Numbered from the stretch's first letter, positions 52,666 to 63,623 are shown. The stretch: DNA of 64,000 nt from Nitrososphaeraceae archaeon (GCA_035250975.1 DATFEP010000058.1:1-64000), one strand, 5' to 3'. Notes: generated from the letters alone by a model not told the origin. Program-made: numbers and translations.

Positions 52666-54558
52666 TTATGATTTTATTTCCAAAGAAAATCCAAATTCTG
52701 CTCCTTTTCCATCTTTGTTATTCATGCCCCATATTCTTCCACCATGAGCTTCAACAATACTTTTTGCAATATATAAGCCAAGTCCAGTCCCAGAAATTGA
52801 TTTGGAAGCAAATTTCTGAAAGAGCCTAGGTAGAATGTCGGAATGTATTCCATGACCTGTATCCTTTATCCTTACAACAGCAAATTCTTTATTTTGTTCT
52901 TTGTCATGTTCTTTTTCTATTGTTGTTATAACAGTTCCTTCTTGTGTAAACTTTACTGCATTTGTTAATAAATTATTGACCACTTGATAGATCCTTACCT
53001 TGTCAGCAAACACCATGATAGGTTCTTTCGGCTGCAGAAAAATAAGATTTATTTTATGATTTCTTACTGATTCTATACCTACTGTTAAATCATTTATTAC
53101 GTTATTTACTTTTTCATTCAAGTCAAATTTAGACCTATCAAGTTTTAAAGTTCCAGCTTCAATTCTTGTAACATCTAATATATCTTCAATGAGTATAGAC
53201 AATCTCTTTGCATTTCTTTTCAGTGGTCCAAGATATTTTTTAAAATTTTCAGGAAAAGTGTCTATCATTTCGATATATCCTGTTACCGATTGAGTAGGTG
53301 TTCTTAATTCATGGGCTGCTATGTTAATAAATTCTTTTTGCAGTATGTCATGTTGTTTTAATCGCTCATTACTTTTTTCTAATAATAAGATTGTATTTTT
53401 TAGGTCAGCCGTTTTTTTTGCTACTACTTTTTTCAAGGTATTATTGAATAATCCTTGCATAACAACGAGAATAATTACTATACTTACAGTTAAAATTAGC
53501 GATCCCATGGTAAAGTTTTGTTGCTGTGAAATAAGATCATTAACTTCATGAGCGAAAACATGGGGTATAGAAAGTACAACGTAAAATACATTTTGATCAT
53601 CAATACGCACGGGAGTGTATGATATTGTCGACATATTTCCATTTTTATCGATTAAATCTGTATTACCTGATTTTCCAGATAGTACCAAGTCTTTTATTTT
53701 AGGTAAAAGTATAGAGTTAGGAGGATCATATTGACTTTGGGTAAGTTTCCCGTTTATTTTGCCATCCTGTAAAAGGTTGTAAAATTTTTCGCTGGAAGAA
53801 TAAATTAGTTTGCCATCCCTGTCAAGAATAGATACTGACGGATTATTTTTTAATGAAATTTGATTCTTCATTAGTTCGCCCATTTTAGATATATCTATTG
53901 CCGCATATGTTGTACCTATGAAATTTTTTTGAGATGTTGCTTCTTCATCTTGCTGGGTTCTTACCATTTCATAAAGATCTTTGGTTGTGTAACTATAACT
54001 AAAATCTAATAGAGTGGTATTTGTGGAAGTTAAAAAAATTGGATACGAAAGAAACATTGTGGACACGTTTAATAAAGAAGGTATAAATGGTGTAAAATAC
54101 GTTCCTGATGTGGATCTTATCTGTTCAAAATATTTGCTGAATGCAACCTTAGAACCCAAAAATTTATTATAGATATCCTTATCATGAAAATTAGTTGACC
54201 ATTTTATATTTCCTATTTCATCGCTCCAACCATAGTAAGAAGTCAATGACTTCGTAGCGCCTTGTGAAGCTTCCAAGATTGTTATTGAGGTTAATTTATT
54301 TCCTTTTAGTGCAGGAGTATTGCTCAACAGATTGAGCTGGTTAGAAATATCTTCTAACCGATATGTTAAAGCTTCTGCTAATTGCTTCGTCTGACTGTCT
54401 ATATTTGTTTTAATATTTTGTACTGCAATAGTGTCTATCCTAACAGAATTATTTAGAAAGAAGGAATAGGTAGAAATGGATGTAAACAGCAACATCATGG
54501 TAATTACTACAATAAGGGATCGAACAGAGGAGACCGATTTAAGAAAAGAAAAAGTCAT
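52666..54558 (-). CDS. Membrane sensor histidine kinase with extracellular Cache-like domain
   Basis: Two TMs; H-box AAHELRTP, N-box NLLTNAVKF, DTGHGI, GTGLGLYI. Confidence 0.95.
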   Translation of the reverse strand: MTFSFLKSVSSVRSLIVVITMMLLFTSISTYSFFLNNSVRIDTIAVQNIKTNIDSQTKQLAEALTYRLEDISNQLNLLSNTPALKGNKLTSITILEASQGATKSLTSYYGWSDEIGNIKWSTNFHDKDIYNKFLGSKVAFSKYFEQIRSTSGTYFTPFIPSLLNVSTMFLSYPIFLTSTNTTLLDFSYSYTTKDLYEMVRTQQDEEATSQKNFIGTTYAAIDISKMGELMKNQISLKNNPSVSILDRDGKLIYSSSEKFYNLLQDGKINGKLTQSQYDPPNSILLPKIKDLVLSGKSGNTDLIDKNGNMSTISYTPVRIDDQNVFYVVLSIPHVFAHEVNDLISQQQNFTMGSLILTVSIVIILVVMQGLFNNTLKKVVAKKTADLKNTILLLEKSNERLKQHDILQKEFINIAAHELRTPTQSVTGYIEMIDTFPENFKKYLGPLKRNAKRLSILIEDILDVTRIEAGTLKLDRSKFDLNEKVNNVINDLTVGIESVRNHKINLIFLQPKEPIMVFADKVRIYQVVNNLLTNAVKFTQEGTVITTIEKEHDKEQNKEFAVVRIKDTGHGIHSDILPRLFQKFASKSISGTGLGLYIAKSIVEAHGGRIWGMNNKDGKGAEFGFSLEIKS

Positions 54559-55476
54559 AATGAATTTAAAAAGTTGGTATTATTAAATAGTTTGTGGTAT
54601 AATTTTCATAATCTCTATCGATCATTGAATTTCAGCCAAGCTAAAAAAAAGAATCATCACGTTATAAGAATGAATTTGATAGAATTGGATGCTTTACTAA
54701 TATAGTGATTGTCATTGATTTTGGTGATTTCATTTTTTATATTTTTAACAAACTCACACATTAAAATCACCTTCGTTTTTTAATGATGCCTTCTTATAGT
54801 AATCTAATAATAAAATATATCTTTAAACCGATATTACGACATTATGAATTCAGTTCTCCAAATTTCTATTTATGATATATAAAAAGTATCTTGAAATCAT
54901 TTTGTTATGTGCTGCTACGAATTGAGTGAGAAATGTTAGTTTACTCCAATTCGTATAAAATTGATGATTTATAGTTTATAAATTCGTTCTATGTAAATAA
55001 TAGTTATTATTATTTCAAATATACTTTTTTGTCCATAACTTAGTTAAGTAATAAAGAATATTAGTAAACGGATGTCTCTAACAAAACCGATCGATCAAAG
55101 TAAAAAGTACCTAAAAATTTCAAAAGCGACATCAGGATATCTGGAGGTAGATCTATTTAAGAATGCTGATTTAAATAAAGGTTATTTCCGTAATAATTGT
55201 TTGTACTTTTACTTATATAATGATTGTAAAATCGAGATTTTGCATCTTAAACCATTATTCAATAATATAAAAAGCCTCGCAGATTTCAGGTGATGTATAT
55301 GGATAAAAGACGGATGGATAAGGGTTTAAGATATCTCTTACTAACCTAAAAAATTACTGAAATAGGCCCGATCATTTTTTTTGTCAAAAAATTGATGAGA
55401 ACTATTGTTTTCTAAGAAAATGAATATAATAAAGAATGTCTAAATAGGAGTACCACATATTATATAAGGATTTCAA

Positions 55477-55896
55477 ATGAAACCACTAGAAAATAATAAT
55501 CAAGTTATTTTGATGGTGGATGATGAGGTAGATATCTTGGAACTATTCGGAGAGTTTCTGAGATCAGAAGGTTATAATGTACAACTTTTTACAGAACCCA
55601 GTGAACTATTAAAATATTTTTACGATAATCCTAACTGCTCGGTTATAATAACAGATTATAAAATGCCTGAAATGGGAGGAATAGATTTGATAAAAAAAAT
55701 TAGAGAAATTGATAAAGAGTTTAAAATAAAATTAATATTAATTAGTGCATATTTAGAGGACGGAATCACTAGCAGATATAGTGCCAATGAATTAGAAAAT
55801 CTGAAAATTGATAAAATCCTAGAGAAACCGTTAAAGATTACAGAATTAACAAGTATAGTAAAAAAATTGATTGAAATTGAAGCATCAGCAGTGTAG
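55477..55896 (+). CDS. Stand-alone response regulator receiver
   Basis: MVDDE, IITDYKMPEMGG, LISAY, LEKP. Confidence 0.93.
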   Translation: MKPLENNNQVILMVDDEVDILELFGEFLRSEGYNVQLFTEPSELLKYFYDNPNCSVIITDYKMPEMGGIDLIKKIREIDKEFKIKLILISAYLEDGITSRYSANELENLKIDKILEKPLKITELTSIVKKLIEIEASAV

Positions 55897-55978
55897 TCAC
55901 TGCATTAATAAAAATACGACAAATGACAATTATTACATGAATTTTGTTGTTTATATCAGTCAATTTTTTTTGTTTATA

Positions 55979-56047
55979 TCTAGCTCATTTTTAATGGTAT
56001 TTCTAGCTCATTTTTAATGGTATTTCTAGCTCATTTTTAATGGTATT
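55979..56047 (+). repeat. 23-bp perfect tandem repeat x3, intergenic
   Basis: tctagctcatttttaatggtatt at 55979, 56002, 56025 with no spacers. Confidence 0.95.
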
Positions 56048-56744
56048 TTCCATCAAACCCCAATTAAAAACCGTATATATATACCAAAAGCTCTGTCCCT
56101 CTATCACCTTACCATAGTTGGCAGGACATTTAGAAAGATACTGTAATAGATACTCTGTATTTTTTAGATAAAAAAATTGAATGTAAGTATGTTATTCTCA
56201 AATTAGTTTTCAAGATAAAACAATAAAATTTTACGTAAAGATAGAATCAATCTCATTAAAAGAAATAGTTGCAAGATTTATGTTGTCTCTGTCTATTGTA
56301 TTCCCTTTATTCAATTAATGGTTTTTTGTGATACAAATAGCATAAATACAATGTCCAGGATTACATCCTCACACATATCACATTTTGAAATAAAATATGA
56401 TGGGTTAATACTGCTTTTTGTTTGACTTTGATTGATTCATAGAATATTTATTAAAAATTACTGATAGAACCTCATCTAATAGATATAAACAACAAAAAAT
56501 TGACTGATATAAACAACAAAATTCATGCAATAGTGACGACAAAAATCTTCTTTATGATTTCTTCGTAAAACCAGTTTCATAAACATTCAAGTATACAATA
56601 AGACCAAATAGAAAGACCAGATTCAATATACATTGAGCGATTTATTAAATGTTGAAATAACAAAGGACAGATGTCATTGAACTAGATGACATCAACAGAA
56701 GTACTCGAAACGAGGTGTAATACATGTGGTGGGATAATATAGTT

Positions 56745-59561
56745 TTATAGAACATGCGAGGCTTTTTCTAAAATTTCATTCAAATTTTGTTTATTTTCCA
56801 TCAAGTTGCTCCATGGGTTATGTGTATTACTTTCTAATATATCAGGAACATTGAGAAGCATAAAATCTGTTGGATCCACATCTAATAGATCCACCCAATT
56901 AACAGGAAAAGACACTGCAGCAGATTCTACAGGACGTGCGGAAAAAATTGATGCTATGGTTTTTCCTTTACTATTTTGATTATAATCAAAGAATACCTTG
57001 CCATTCCTTTTTGATGTGTCCCATTCCATAGTAATTTTGTTGGGGTAGCGTCTGGACATACTGCTGCCTATTACTCGTGCAAATGATCGCGTCTGATCAT
57101 AAGTATACAAATTATCTATAGGAACCAAAATGTGTAATCCTGTTTTGCCCGAAGTTTTCACATAGGATTGTATTTTCAGCTCATCAAATAATTCTTTTAG
57201 ACCTAATGCCACCTCAGCTGTTGCTTTAAACCCTTTAAGACTATATTCTGGTTCTTTCTGATTTGTTACATTATCTTGCACGTTTAAAAATATATAAGGA
57301 TCTAAATCAAAAATAATAAAATCAGGGAAATTTAAACTACATTTTTCGGGGTATAATAATGCATTATCTTCCTCTACACCTTCATCAAAGTCGGTAATTC
57401 TACTATACCATGGGTGAATCTCTATACAGCCTAAATTAGCTAACCAAAGGAGTGTTTCTTTGTTATTACATAAAACATAGTTAATAACACCTTCATCTTC
57501 GGATTTAGAATAAATTTTCACTGTCTGTACAAAGGAGGGTTTATTTTGATCCCAATTTTTCTGATAAAATGATTTTCCTTTGATTCCATCTGGATATCTA
57601 CTTAGGCTTAGGGGTCTATCTTTAAGATAAGGTAAAATATATTTACTGATTTTATCATAGTATTCAATCAAATCTTTTTTTGTAAATTGTCGATGGGTTG
57701 ATGTTTTATTCCAATAAACCTTATCAAGATTTGAGAAATAAGAATAAGCATGATTATTAAAGTCATTATGACTGTTATTCGCCGTATTCATAATGTTAAC
57801 CTTCGCATTCTGATTGGATCTTTCTTTTATCCTTGTGTCGATTACTTTTTTCGTATATCTTTCTTTTTCTATAAAACATTCTTCAGGTTTTTTATCTTCT
57901 CTGAGTCTCAAAAAGATAGGAGACTTCATTATATTATCTCTTGTCCAATCACTAAATTTTATTTCTGCAACAATTTCTGGTTTTACCCAGATAGGTTCTC
58001 GGTTAGTATACGGAACATAATCAATGGCACATTTTTCTGTTCGTAGATTTTGAACTTTTTCATATATTTGTGCTAAACTTATAGAATCAAATCCACTTCC
58101 TGTATGTCCAACAAACTGAAATTGACCTTCAATATCTCTAACTGCGAGTAAAAGTGATCCAAAGTATTTTTCTCGTGTTCCTTCACCTTTATTATAACCT
58201 ATAATTACGCAATCTTGAGTTCTAATATGTTTTATTTTTAACCAATCGCTAGATCGTTTACCTTGTACGTATTTACTTGATTTATTTTTTGCTACCAGTC
58301 CTTCTAATCCCATACTTTTCGTAGTTTTATAAACTTCCTCGCCAATTTCTTCAATGAAATCCGAAATTTTGATCCTGGTGTTTTCGTTGACGATCTGAGA
58401 CAAAATTTTTCGTCTTTGCAAAAAAGACAGATTCTGGACGTTTGTTCCATCAAGATAAAGAATATCAAAGAGATAATAAGTTCCCGGGATCTGTCTAGAT
58501 AGGTTTTCAATATCCTTTTCATGGTCAAGATTCATTCTTCTTTGATGGTTCTGAAAACTGGGTAGTCCCGTTTTGTTATCCAGTACGACAATTTCACCAT
58601 CCAAAACTGCTGATTTACATCTTACAACCGACTGTGTCAAAGATTTTATGGAAACAGGCGATTTTAATGCTCTTACTATTTCTGGATATCTATGAGTAAT
58701 TATATTACCACTTCGTGATTGTAATTGAACTATTTCTTTTGTATTGTCAATAAACATGATAGAACGGACCCCATCCCATTTGATTTCAAAGACCCATTCT
58801 TTATTGTTAAAAGGACGGTTTACTAATGTAGATAACATTGGTTTAATCGTTGAAAAGTTATGTAACTGATTGTTACGATTAGCTAACATTTTTTGATAGG
58901 GTCCCCCTGATTTTACCCTTATTTTAAAAGGTAATTTTTTACTCTGAAATGTCTCTTTTTGTTGTTGTACATCTTTCTGTTTCCGTTTATCTTGCTTCTT
59001 TTTCTTTGTTTTTAATATTCCGGACAAAACAGATCCTGATTTAGTCATAGTTAAATCTTCATTAGGTTCGAACACATCTGGGGCTTTCATTAGAAGCCAG
59101 TGCCTTCCTTCCTTTTCATTCTGTAGATTCATTCTTACTAGATAAAATTTTCCCTTTAATTTCTGACCTGATAGAACAAAAGTAATTTTCCCTTTTTTGA
59201 ATTGTTCCGATATATCCGATTCTGATATGAAGGTTCCCCTATCCCAAACAGTTACAGATCCGCCTCCATATTCTCCTTCGGGGATCAAGCCTTCAAAGTG
59301 CAAATAATCCAGTGGATGGTCTTCTGTTAGAACTGCCAGTCTTTTTATTTTTGGGTCGACTGAAATCTCTTTTGGTACTGCCCAAGATTTTAATACACCT
59401 TCTAATTTATCTTCAAGTCTAAAATCATAATGTAATCTACTAGCGTTGTGTTTTTGTACCACAAATCTAGAAGCTTTATTGTATTCATATTTTTTTTGAT
59501 ATCCCTTCGGTTCAGATGTTCTATGAAAATTTCTTTTTTCATTATATTTTTCTAATATTAT
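56745..59561 (-). CDS. ligD: NHEJ DNA ligase D with phosphoesterase, ligase and primase-polymerase domains
   Basis: PE: QKHNASRLHYDFRLE, SWAVPK; ligase: EIKWDG, LDGE, EGLVAK, WLKIK; Pol: RYPDG, FDLDP, KTSGKTGLH, DYNQN; frame stays open upstream of the track start (59462) through LEKYNEKRNF...EP; start codon uncertain. Confidence 0.95.
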   Translation of the reverse strand: MILEKYNEKRNFHRTSEPKGYQKKYEYNKASRFVVQKHNASRLHYDFRLEDKLEGVLKSWAVPKEISVDPKIKRLAVLTEDHPLDYLHFEGLIPEGEYGGGSVTVWDRGTFISESDISEQFKKGKITFVLSGQKLKGKFYLVRMNLQNEKEGRHWLLMKAPDVFEPNEDLTMTKSGSVLSGILKTKKKKQDKRKQKDVQQQKETFQSKKLPFKIRVKSGGPYQKMLANRNNQLHNFSTIKPMLSTLVNRPFNNKEWVFEIKWDGVRSIMFIDNTKEIVQLQSRSGNIITHRYPEIVRALKSPVSIKSLTQSVVRCKSAVLDGEIVVLDNKTGLPSFQNHQRRMNLDHEKDIENLSRQIPGTYYLFDILYLDGTNVQNLSFLQRRKILSQIVNENTRIKISDFIEEIGEEVYKTTKSMGLEGLVAKNKSSKYVQGKRSSDWLKIKHIRTQDCVIIGYNKGEGTREKYFGSLLLAVRDIEGQFQFVGHTGSGFDSISLAQIYEKVQNLRTEKCAIDYVPYTNREPIWVKPEIVAEIKFSDWTRDNIMKSPIFLRLREDKKPEECFIEKERYTKKVIDTRIKERSNQNAKVNIMNTANNSHNDFNNHAYSYFSNLDKVYWNKTSTHRQFTKKDLIEYYDKISKYILPYLKDRPLSLSRYPDGIKGKSFYQKNWDQNKPSFVQTVKIYSKSEDEGVINYVLCNNKETLLWLANLGCIEIHPWYSRITDFDEGVEEDNALLYPEKCSLNFPDFIIFDLDPYIFLNVQDNVTNQKEPEYSLKGFKATAEVALGLKELFDELKIQSYVKTSGKTGLHILVPIDNLYTYDQTRSFARVIGSSMSRRYPNKITMEWDTSKRNGKVFFDYNQNSKGKTIASIFSARPVESAAVSFPVNWVDLLDVDPTDFMLLNVPDILESNTHNPWSNLMENKQNLNEILEKASHVL

Positions 59562-59992
59562 TTTACATCACCAGTAAAACCATAGAAAAACGAACATTGC
59601 AATCAAATTACAACAACTAACAACAATAAGGAAGGAATAGAATAAATAATAAAATTTATTATAATCGGAATTGCGAGCTGTCGTCGTATGGTGAATTCGT
59701 TGACTAATGTTTTAAAGTTCGAGATGATCATAACTGTTAATTGATTTCTCTTGTATTTCCTCATTATATCTTGGATCTCGCAATACGATTCGTTGGTTAT
59801 TTCCTTTATATTATCTCTCTTATCAAAATACAATTTTGAACAATATGTCATGGATATTGGTGACATCTTTCGGTAACATTATTGGAAGTGTTACAATTCG
59901 ATTTCATTATGCTCACATATATTATTTTTTGCAAACGATTAATTGTATTAATATTTTACCATATGCCTATTCTTTTCATTCACTTGTTTAAT

Positions 59993-60823
59993 TTAATTTG
60001 CTTTTGACTTCTGTTTTACATTGATACTAGCTTTAAGAGCCTCAACTAGATCGGTAGTTTCTTGTATTTTTTCTTCTCTCGTAGCCTTAAATTTCTGTCC
60101 CTTTGATTTTGTTGCTATTAATTTTTCTAATTCTCTGATATAGACATCCGAATATTTACCTATATCAAATTGGTCATTTGTCAGGTTTTCGACCAGAGTC
60201 TTTCCTAAACTTAATTCTCTTTCCTCAACTTTAGGTTGTTTATCAGTAGAAATGCCCTGGATTTCATCCATTGGCCTTATTTCATCAAGATACTTTAGCT
60301 GATGCATCACAAGACCTCTCTGATATGGTCTTAAAGCAACAAGGTGTTCCTTATCTTTTAAGACAACCTTGCCTATCGCAATTTTATTGGTTTCATTTAG
60401 TATTTTAACAAATAAAGAATATGCTTTATTGGTCATTTGTGACGAATTTGCCTTGTTCTTCTTATTCCTTCCATCGTCAGGACCGATGTAATAATTTTTT
60501 TCTATATACAGTGGATCCAAATCGTCAGAGTTTATAAATTCATTGATATCTATAGTATGAGTTGTTTTTAACTTAATTTTTTCTAAATCTTCCTTTTCCA
60601 AAATTACATAATTATCTTTTGAAATTTCATATCCTTTTTTTATTTCGCTCCATGGAACTTCTCGTTCCTCCACAGGACACCATTTCTTGTACCTAATTCT
60701 GTGTCCCTTGTCATCTAGTTGGTTAAAAGAGGAGTATTCGTTTTGTGTAGCTACAAAAACCTGAACAGGTATATTTACTAGCCCAAAAGATATACTTCCT
60801 CTCCATAGATTTCTGCTAGCCAT
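59993..60823 (-). CDS. ku: Prokaryotic Ku protein
   Basis: WRGSISFGLVNIPV, IKKGYE, DLVEALKAS. Confidence 0.96.
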   Translation of the reverse strand: MASRNLWRGSISFGLVNIPVQVFVATQNEYSSFNQLDDKGHRIRYKKWCPVEEREVPWSEIKKGYEISKDNYVILEKEDLEKIKLKTTHTIDINEFINSDDLDPLYIEKNYYIGPDDGRNKKNKANSSQMTNKAYSLFVKILNETNKIAIGKVVLKDKEHLVALRPYQRGLVMHQLKYLDEIRPMDEIQGISTDKQPKVEERELSLGKTLVENLTNDQFDIGKYSDVYIRELEKLIATKSKGQKFKATREEKIQETTDLVEALKASINVKQKSKAN

Positions 60824-61103
60824 TATAATTATATATAAGCTACAAACTTTAAAAGGCTATTAAAGAGGTTCCTGTGAAGACCTGTTCATTTGTTAATCTT
60901 GATTTAATGAAAGGGTAGAATATATCAGAAATTGCTAAAAAATATTTCTATAGTTATACTTTGGTTTATATATCTCATAGACTTTTTTGCATAAAATAAT
61001 CTAATTTGAATAACTATTAAACAGCTAGCTAGAAATCTTGTTCACGAATTTATTATTTATCAGTTGTAACGGTTATCTAAATTGATGATTAAATTACATT
61101 AGA

Positions 61104-62861
61104 ATGCAAAAAATTACTAGCAGAAATAGATCTCCTTCCTCCGTTGACAAATCAGGTAAATTCGATAGCCATCTCTCGAATAGAGAGATAGGAAAAACAA
61201 TTGCCTCGGATAAATTTCCGAATACAATAGATGATTTTTGGTTCGTGATTAACCCTAATGTAATTATCAATCCTTTTGATTTTGTTTCTGTAGAAAATAC
61301 ATATAAAACCAAGACTATAGGAATTGTAAAGCACTTACAATCATCGTTTATAAGGAGTAATTATAATGATTTCGAGAAAGTACAGAATCATAAGAAGGAA
61401 CAAAATAGATATCCTTTTGTTATTGATTCAGGCTTTGAATCAAAAGCAGCAGTACTTGCAAGCGTTTCAATAATGGCAAATACAATAGCTGAATTGGAAA
61501 ATAGAAAAATTGCCATCAATTTTCCAGTGGAAGCAGGTAAACCTGTAAAATATGCTAAAAAAGATGAAATAATATTTGCCTTAGGAACCCCTAAAATGAA
61601 TAATCCGATACCGGTAGGGATAATAAACAGTACAGATGGATTACAAGTTCCTATCTCATTGGATATATCATATGTTGCAGGTCCTGATACTGCACATGTA
61701 AATGCCTCAGGAATATCTGGAAATAGAAAGACAAGTTACCTGCTTTTTCTTCTATTTTCGACATATCAAACGTTAAAAAAACATGGTAATGTTTCGGTAA
61801 TTATTTTTAACACAAAGGAGGATGACCTGCTACATATACATGAAAACAATCGAAAAATTAAGAATTCAACAAAATTGTTGTTTGATCTCCTTGGTTTAAA
61901 GACAGAGCCATTTAAAAACGTCACTTATTTTCTTCCCAGAGGACGAGACGGAAAACCTAATTCTAACCATATACCCAAGAACCATAAAACATTTTCATAC
62001 GAATTGAAGGATATTTATGACAGATTAGATTTGTTGTTTCCTGAAATTTTTGATCCAAAATATAACTTGACCTCAATTACAGATTACATTTCAGAGTCAT
62101 GGCCGATTCAAATAAGCTCTAAAGAAAACATCAAGAATTGGACAGATTTAAGTGAATTTATAGGATATCCAGAATACATTGTCAGTCACAAATCCTCACT
62201 TCTGAGATTTTTGGGACATTTACAAAGATTTAGAAAATCTTCTTTATTTATAGATAAAAAAGTAACGAGTACTTACCTAGGAAAAGAAATACGAAACATT
62301 AGTACCAGTCAAGTATTTGTTGTGGATATCGCAAAAATTTCTTCGTTATGTGAACAAGAATTTGTAGTAGGAGATGTCATGAAAGCTATAGACGAAATAT
62401 ATTCATCAGGATCTACTGAGTTTTATGACCAATACCCAGATGAGCATATTAAAAGCAATCAAAGGAAAAAAAAGAAAAAACAAATTAACGAGAAACCAAA
62501 ATATGTGCTTATTTTTATAGATGAAATTAATAGATTTATGCCGAAATCCTTCAATGATAGAATTAATGCAGTCCAAGATCAGGTTATGAAAACTCTCATT
62601 GCAGGAAAATCACGAGGTACGATATTATTTTCAGCTCAGCAATTTAAGAGCCAAACAGATTACCGACTCCATGAAAATATTGGATTACACGTAGTAGCAA
62701 AACTTGGCGATCCGGAATTATCCAAAGATCCTTATTCAATGATTGATAAAAGGACCAAGAAAAATATCAGTAGACTAAATAAAGGAGAATTAGTTATGAT
62801 CCATCCATCCTTTAGACATCCAATAAAAATTTCATTTCCTCCACAAATTCTCAAGAAATGA
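61104..62861 (+). CDS. HerA/FtsK-like ATPase with N-terminal barrel domain
   Basis: HVNASGISGNRKTSY (Walker A-like), IIFNTK, IFIDEIN (Walker B), GTILFSAQQF, HP.F..P. Confidence 0.8.
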   Translation: MQKITSRNRSPSSVDKSGKFDSHLSNREIGKTIASDKFPNTIDDFWFVINPNVIINPFDFVSVENTYKTKTIGIVKHLQSSFIRSNYNDFEKVQNHKKEQNRYPFVIDSGFESKAAVLASVSIMANTIAELENRKIAINFPVEAGKPVKYAKKDEIIFALGTPKMNNPIPVGIINSTDGLQVPISLDISYVAGPDTAHVNASGISGNRKTSYLLFLLFSTYQTLKKHGNVSVIIFNTKEDDLLHIHENNRKIKNSTKLLFDLLGLKTEPFKNVTYFLPRGRDGKPNSNHIPKNHKTFSYELKDIYDRLDLLFPEIFDPKYNLTSITDYISESWPIQISSKENIKNWTDLSEFIGYPEYIVSHKSSLLRFLGHLQRFRKSSLFIDKKVTSTYLGKEIRNISTSQVFVVDIAKISSLCEQEFVVGDVMKAIDEIYSSGSTEFYDQYPDEHIKSNQRKKKKKQINEKPKYVLIFIDEINRFMPKSFNDRINAVQDQVMKTLIAGKSRGTILFSAQQFKSQTDYRLHENIGLHVVAKLGDPELSKDPYSMIDKRTKKNISRLNKGELVMIHPSFRHPIKISFPPQILKK

Positions 62862-63258
62862 TTTTATTTTTGAATTATGATTTCCAATATACATCATTAT
62901 TTCTATTAATAAAATAATTTATTTATTAAAAATTAATATTCAGTACAGATATAAAAAAAAATATTATGATGGCTATAAAGAAATAATATCAGTGAATTCA
63001 ACTAACAGATTAGATCTTTAAGTTATTTATTTGCCTATATTAGTATTCATATTAATATTAGCTATGAGTATTTTTATATTAGATTTCATTCATCAGAATA
63101 TAAAATTGGATAAAATATTTTACTTACTAATTATTTACTCTTAAAAAAGATGGGTTTTTGTAATTTGAACTTAAATATTACTTTGTACTAAAGTTACACC
63201 AAAAAAGTTTTAAAAGTCTATCTCTATATCATTCAATTTGTTAATAATTGTTTTCAAA

Positions 63259-63474
63259 TTATTTGAATTCACTTGATAGATTACGCAATTTAAAATTTTT
63301 AATTCGATTTATCTCGTTATCGAACCATTCTTCCACCTCTGAAGGATTCTCCCTAATTCTGGATTTTATATATTGTAATTGATCAATTCTATTGCTTTTT
63401 AATCCTTCTGCAAGAGGAGTATAAAATGAAATAACAGATTCTACTATTTTTTGGGTAAATATGTTATTGAACAT
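63259..63474 (-). CDS. Small hypothetical protein
   Basis: 71-aa helical ORF preceded by SD-like GGAAGGA. Confidence 0.55.
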   Translation of the reverse strand: MFNNIFTQKIVESVISFYTPLAEGLKSNRIDQLQYIKSRIRENPSEVEEWFDNEINRIKNFKLRNLSSEFK

Positions 63475-63623
63475 TTATTGTCCTTCCTTGCTGTCATTTG
63501 AACTATCTTTTTTATAAACGGGATAATTAGTCATAATATTATCTGTACAACATCCTTTAATAACCTCACATAAAATTAGCTGTAATTTCAAAAAAAAGTG
63601 TCTAAAATAAAACGTAGGTTTAC

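Noticed and set aside
55072-55293. 73-aa ORF between kinase and receiver
   Set aside because: No motif or other support
55979-56047. Possible CRISPR array
   Set aside because: Repeats are contiguous with no spacers, and no cas genes are in the window
56670-56693. 8-bp hairpin gatgtcat/atgacatc downstream of ligD
   Set aside because: Single short stem; archaeal termination does not need hairpins, and chance is likely
59603-59866. 87-aa ORF between ku and ligD
   Set aside because: No recognisable motif; cannot distinguish from a chance ORF
61104-62861. HerA-based defence system (Sir2-HerA or nuclease-HerA)
   Set aside because: No co-oriented Sir2 or nuclease partner next to the gene
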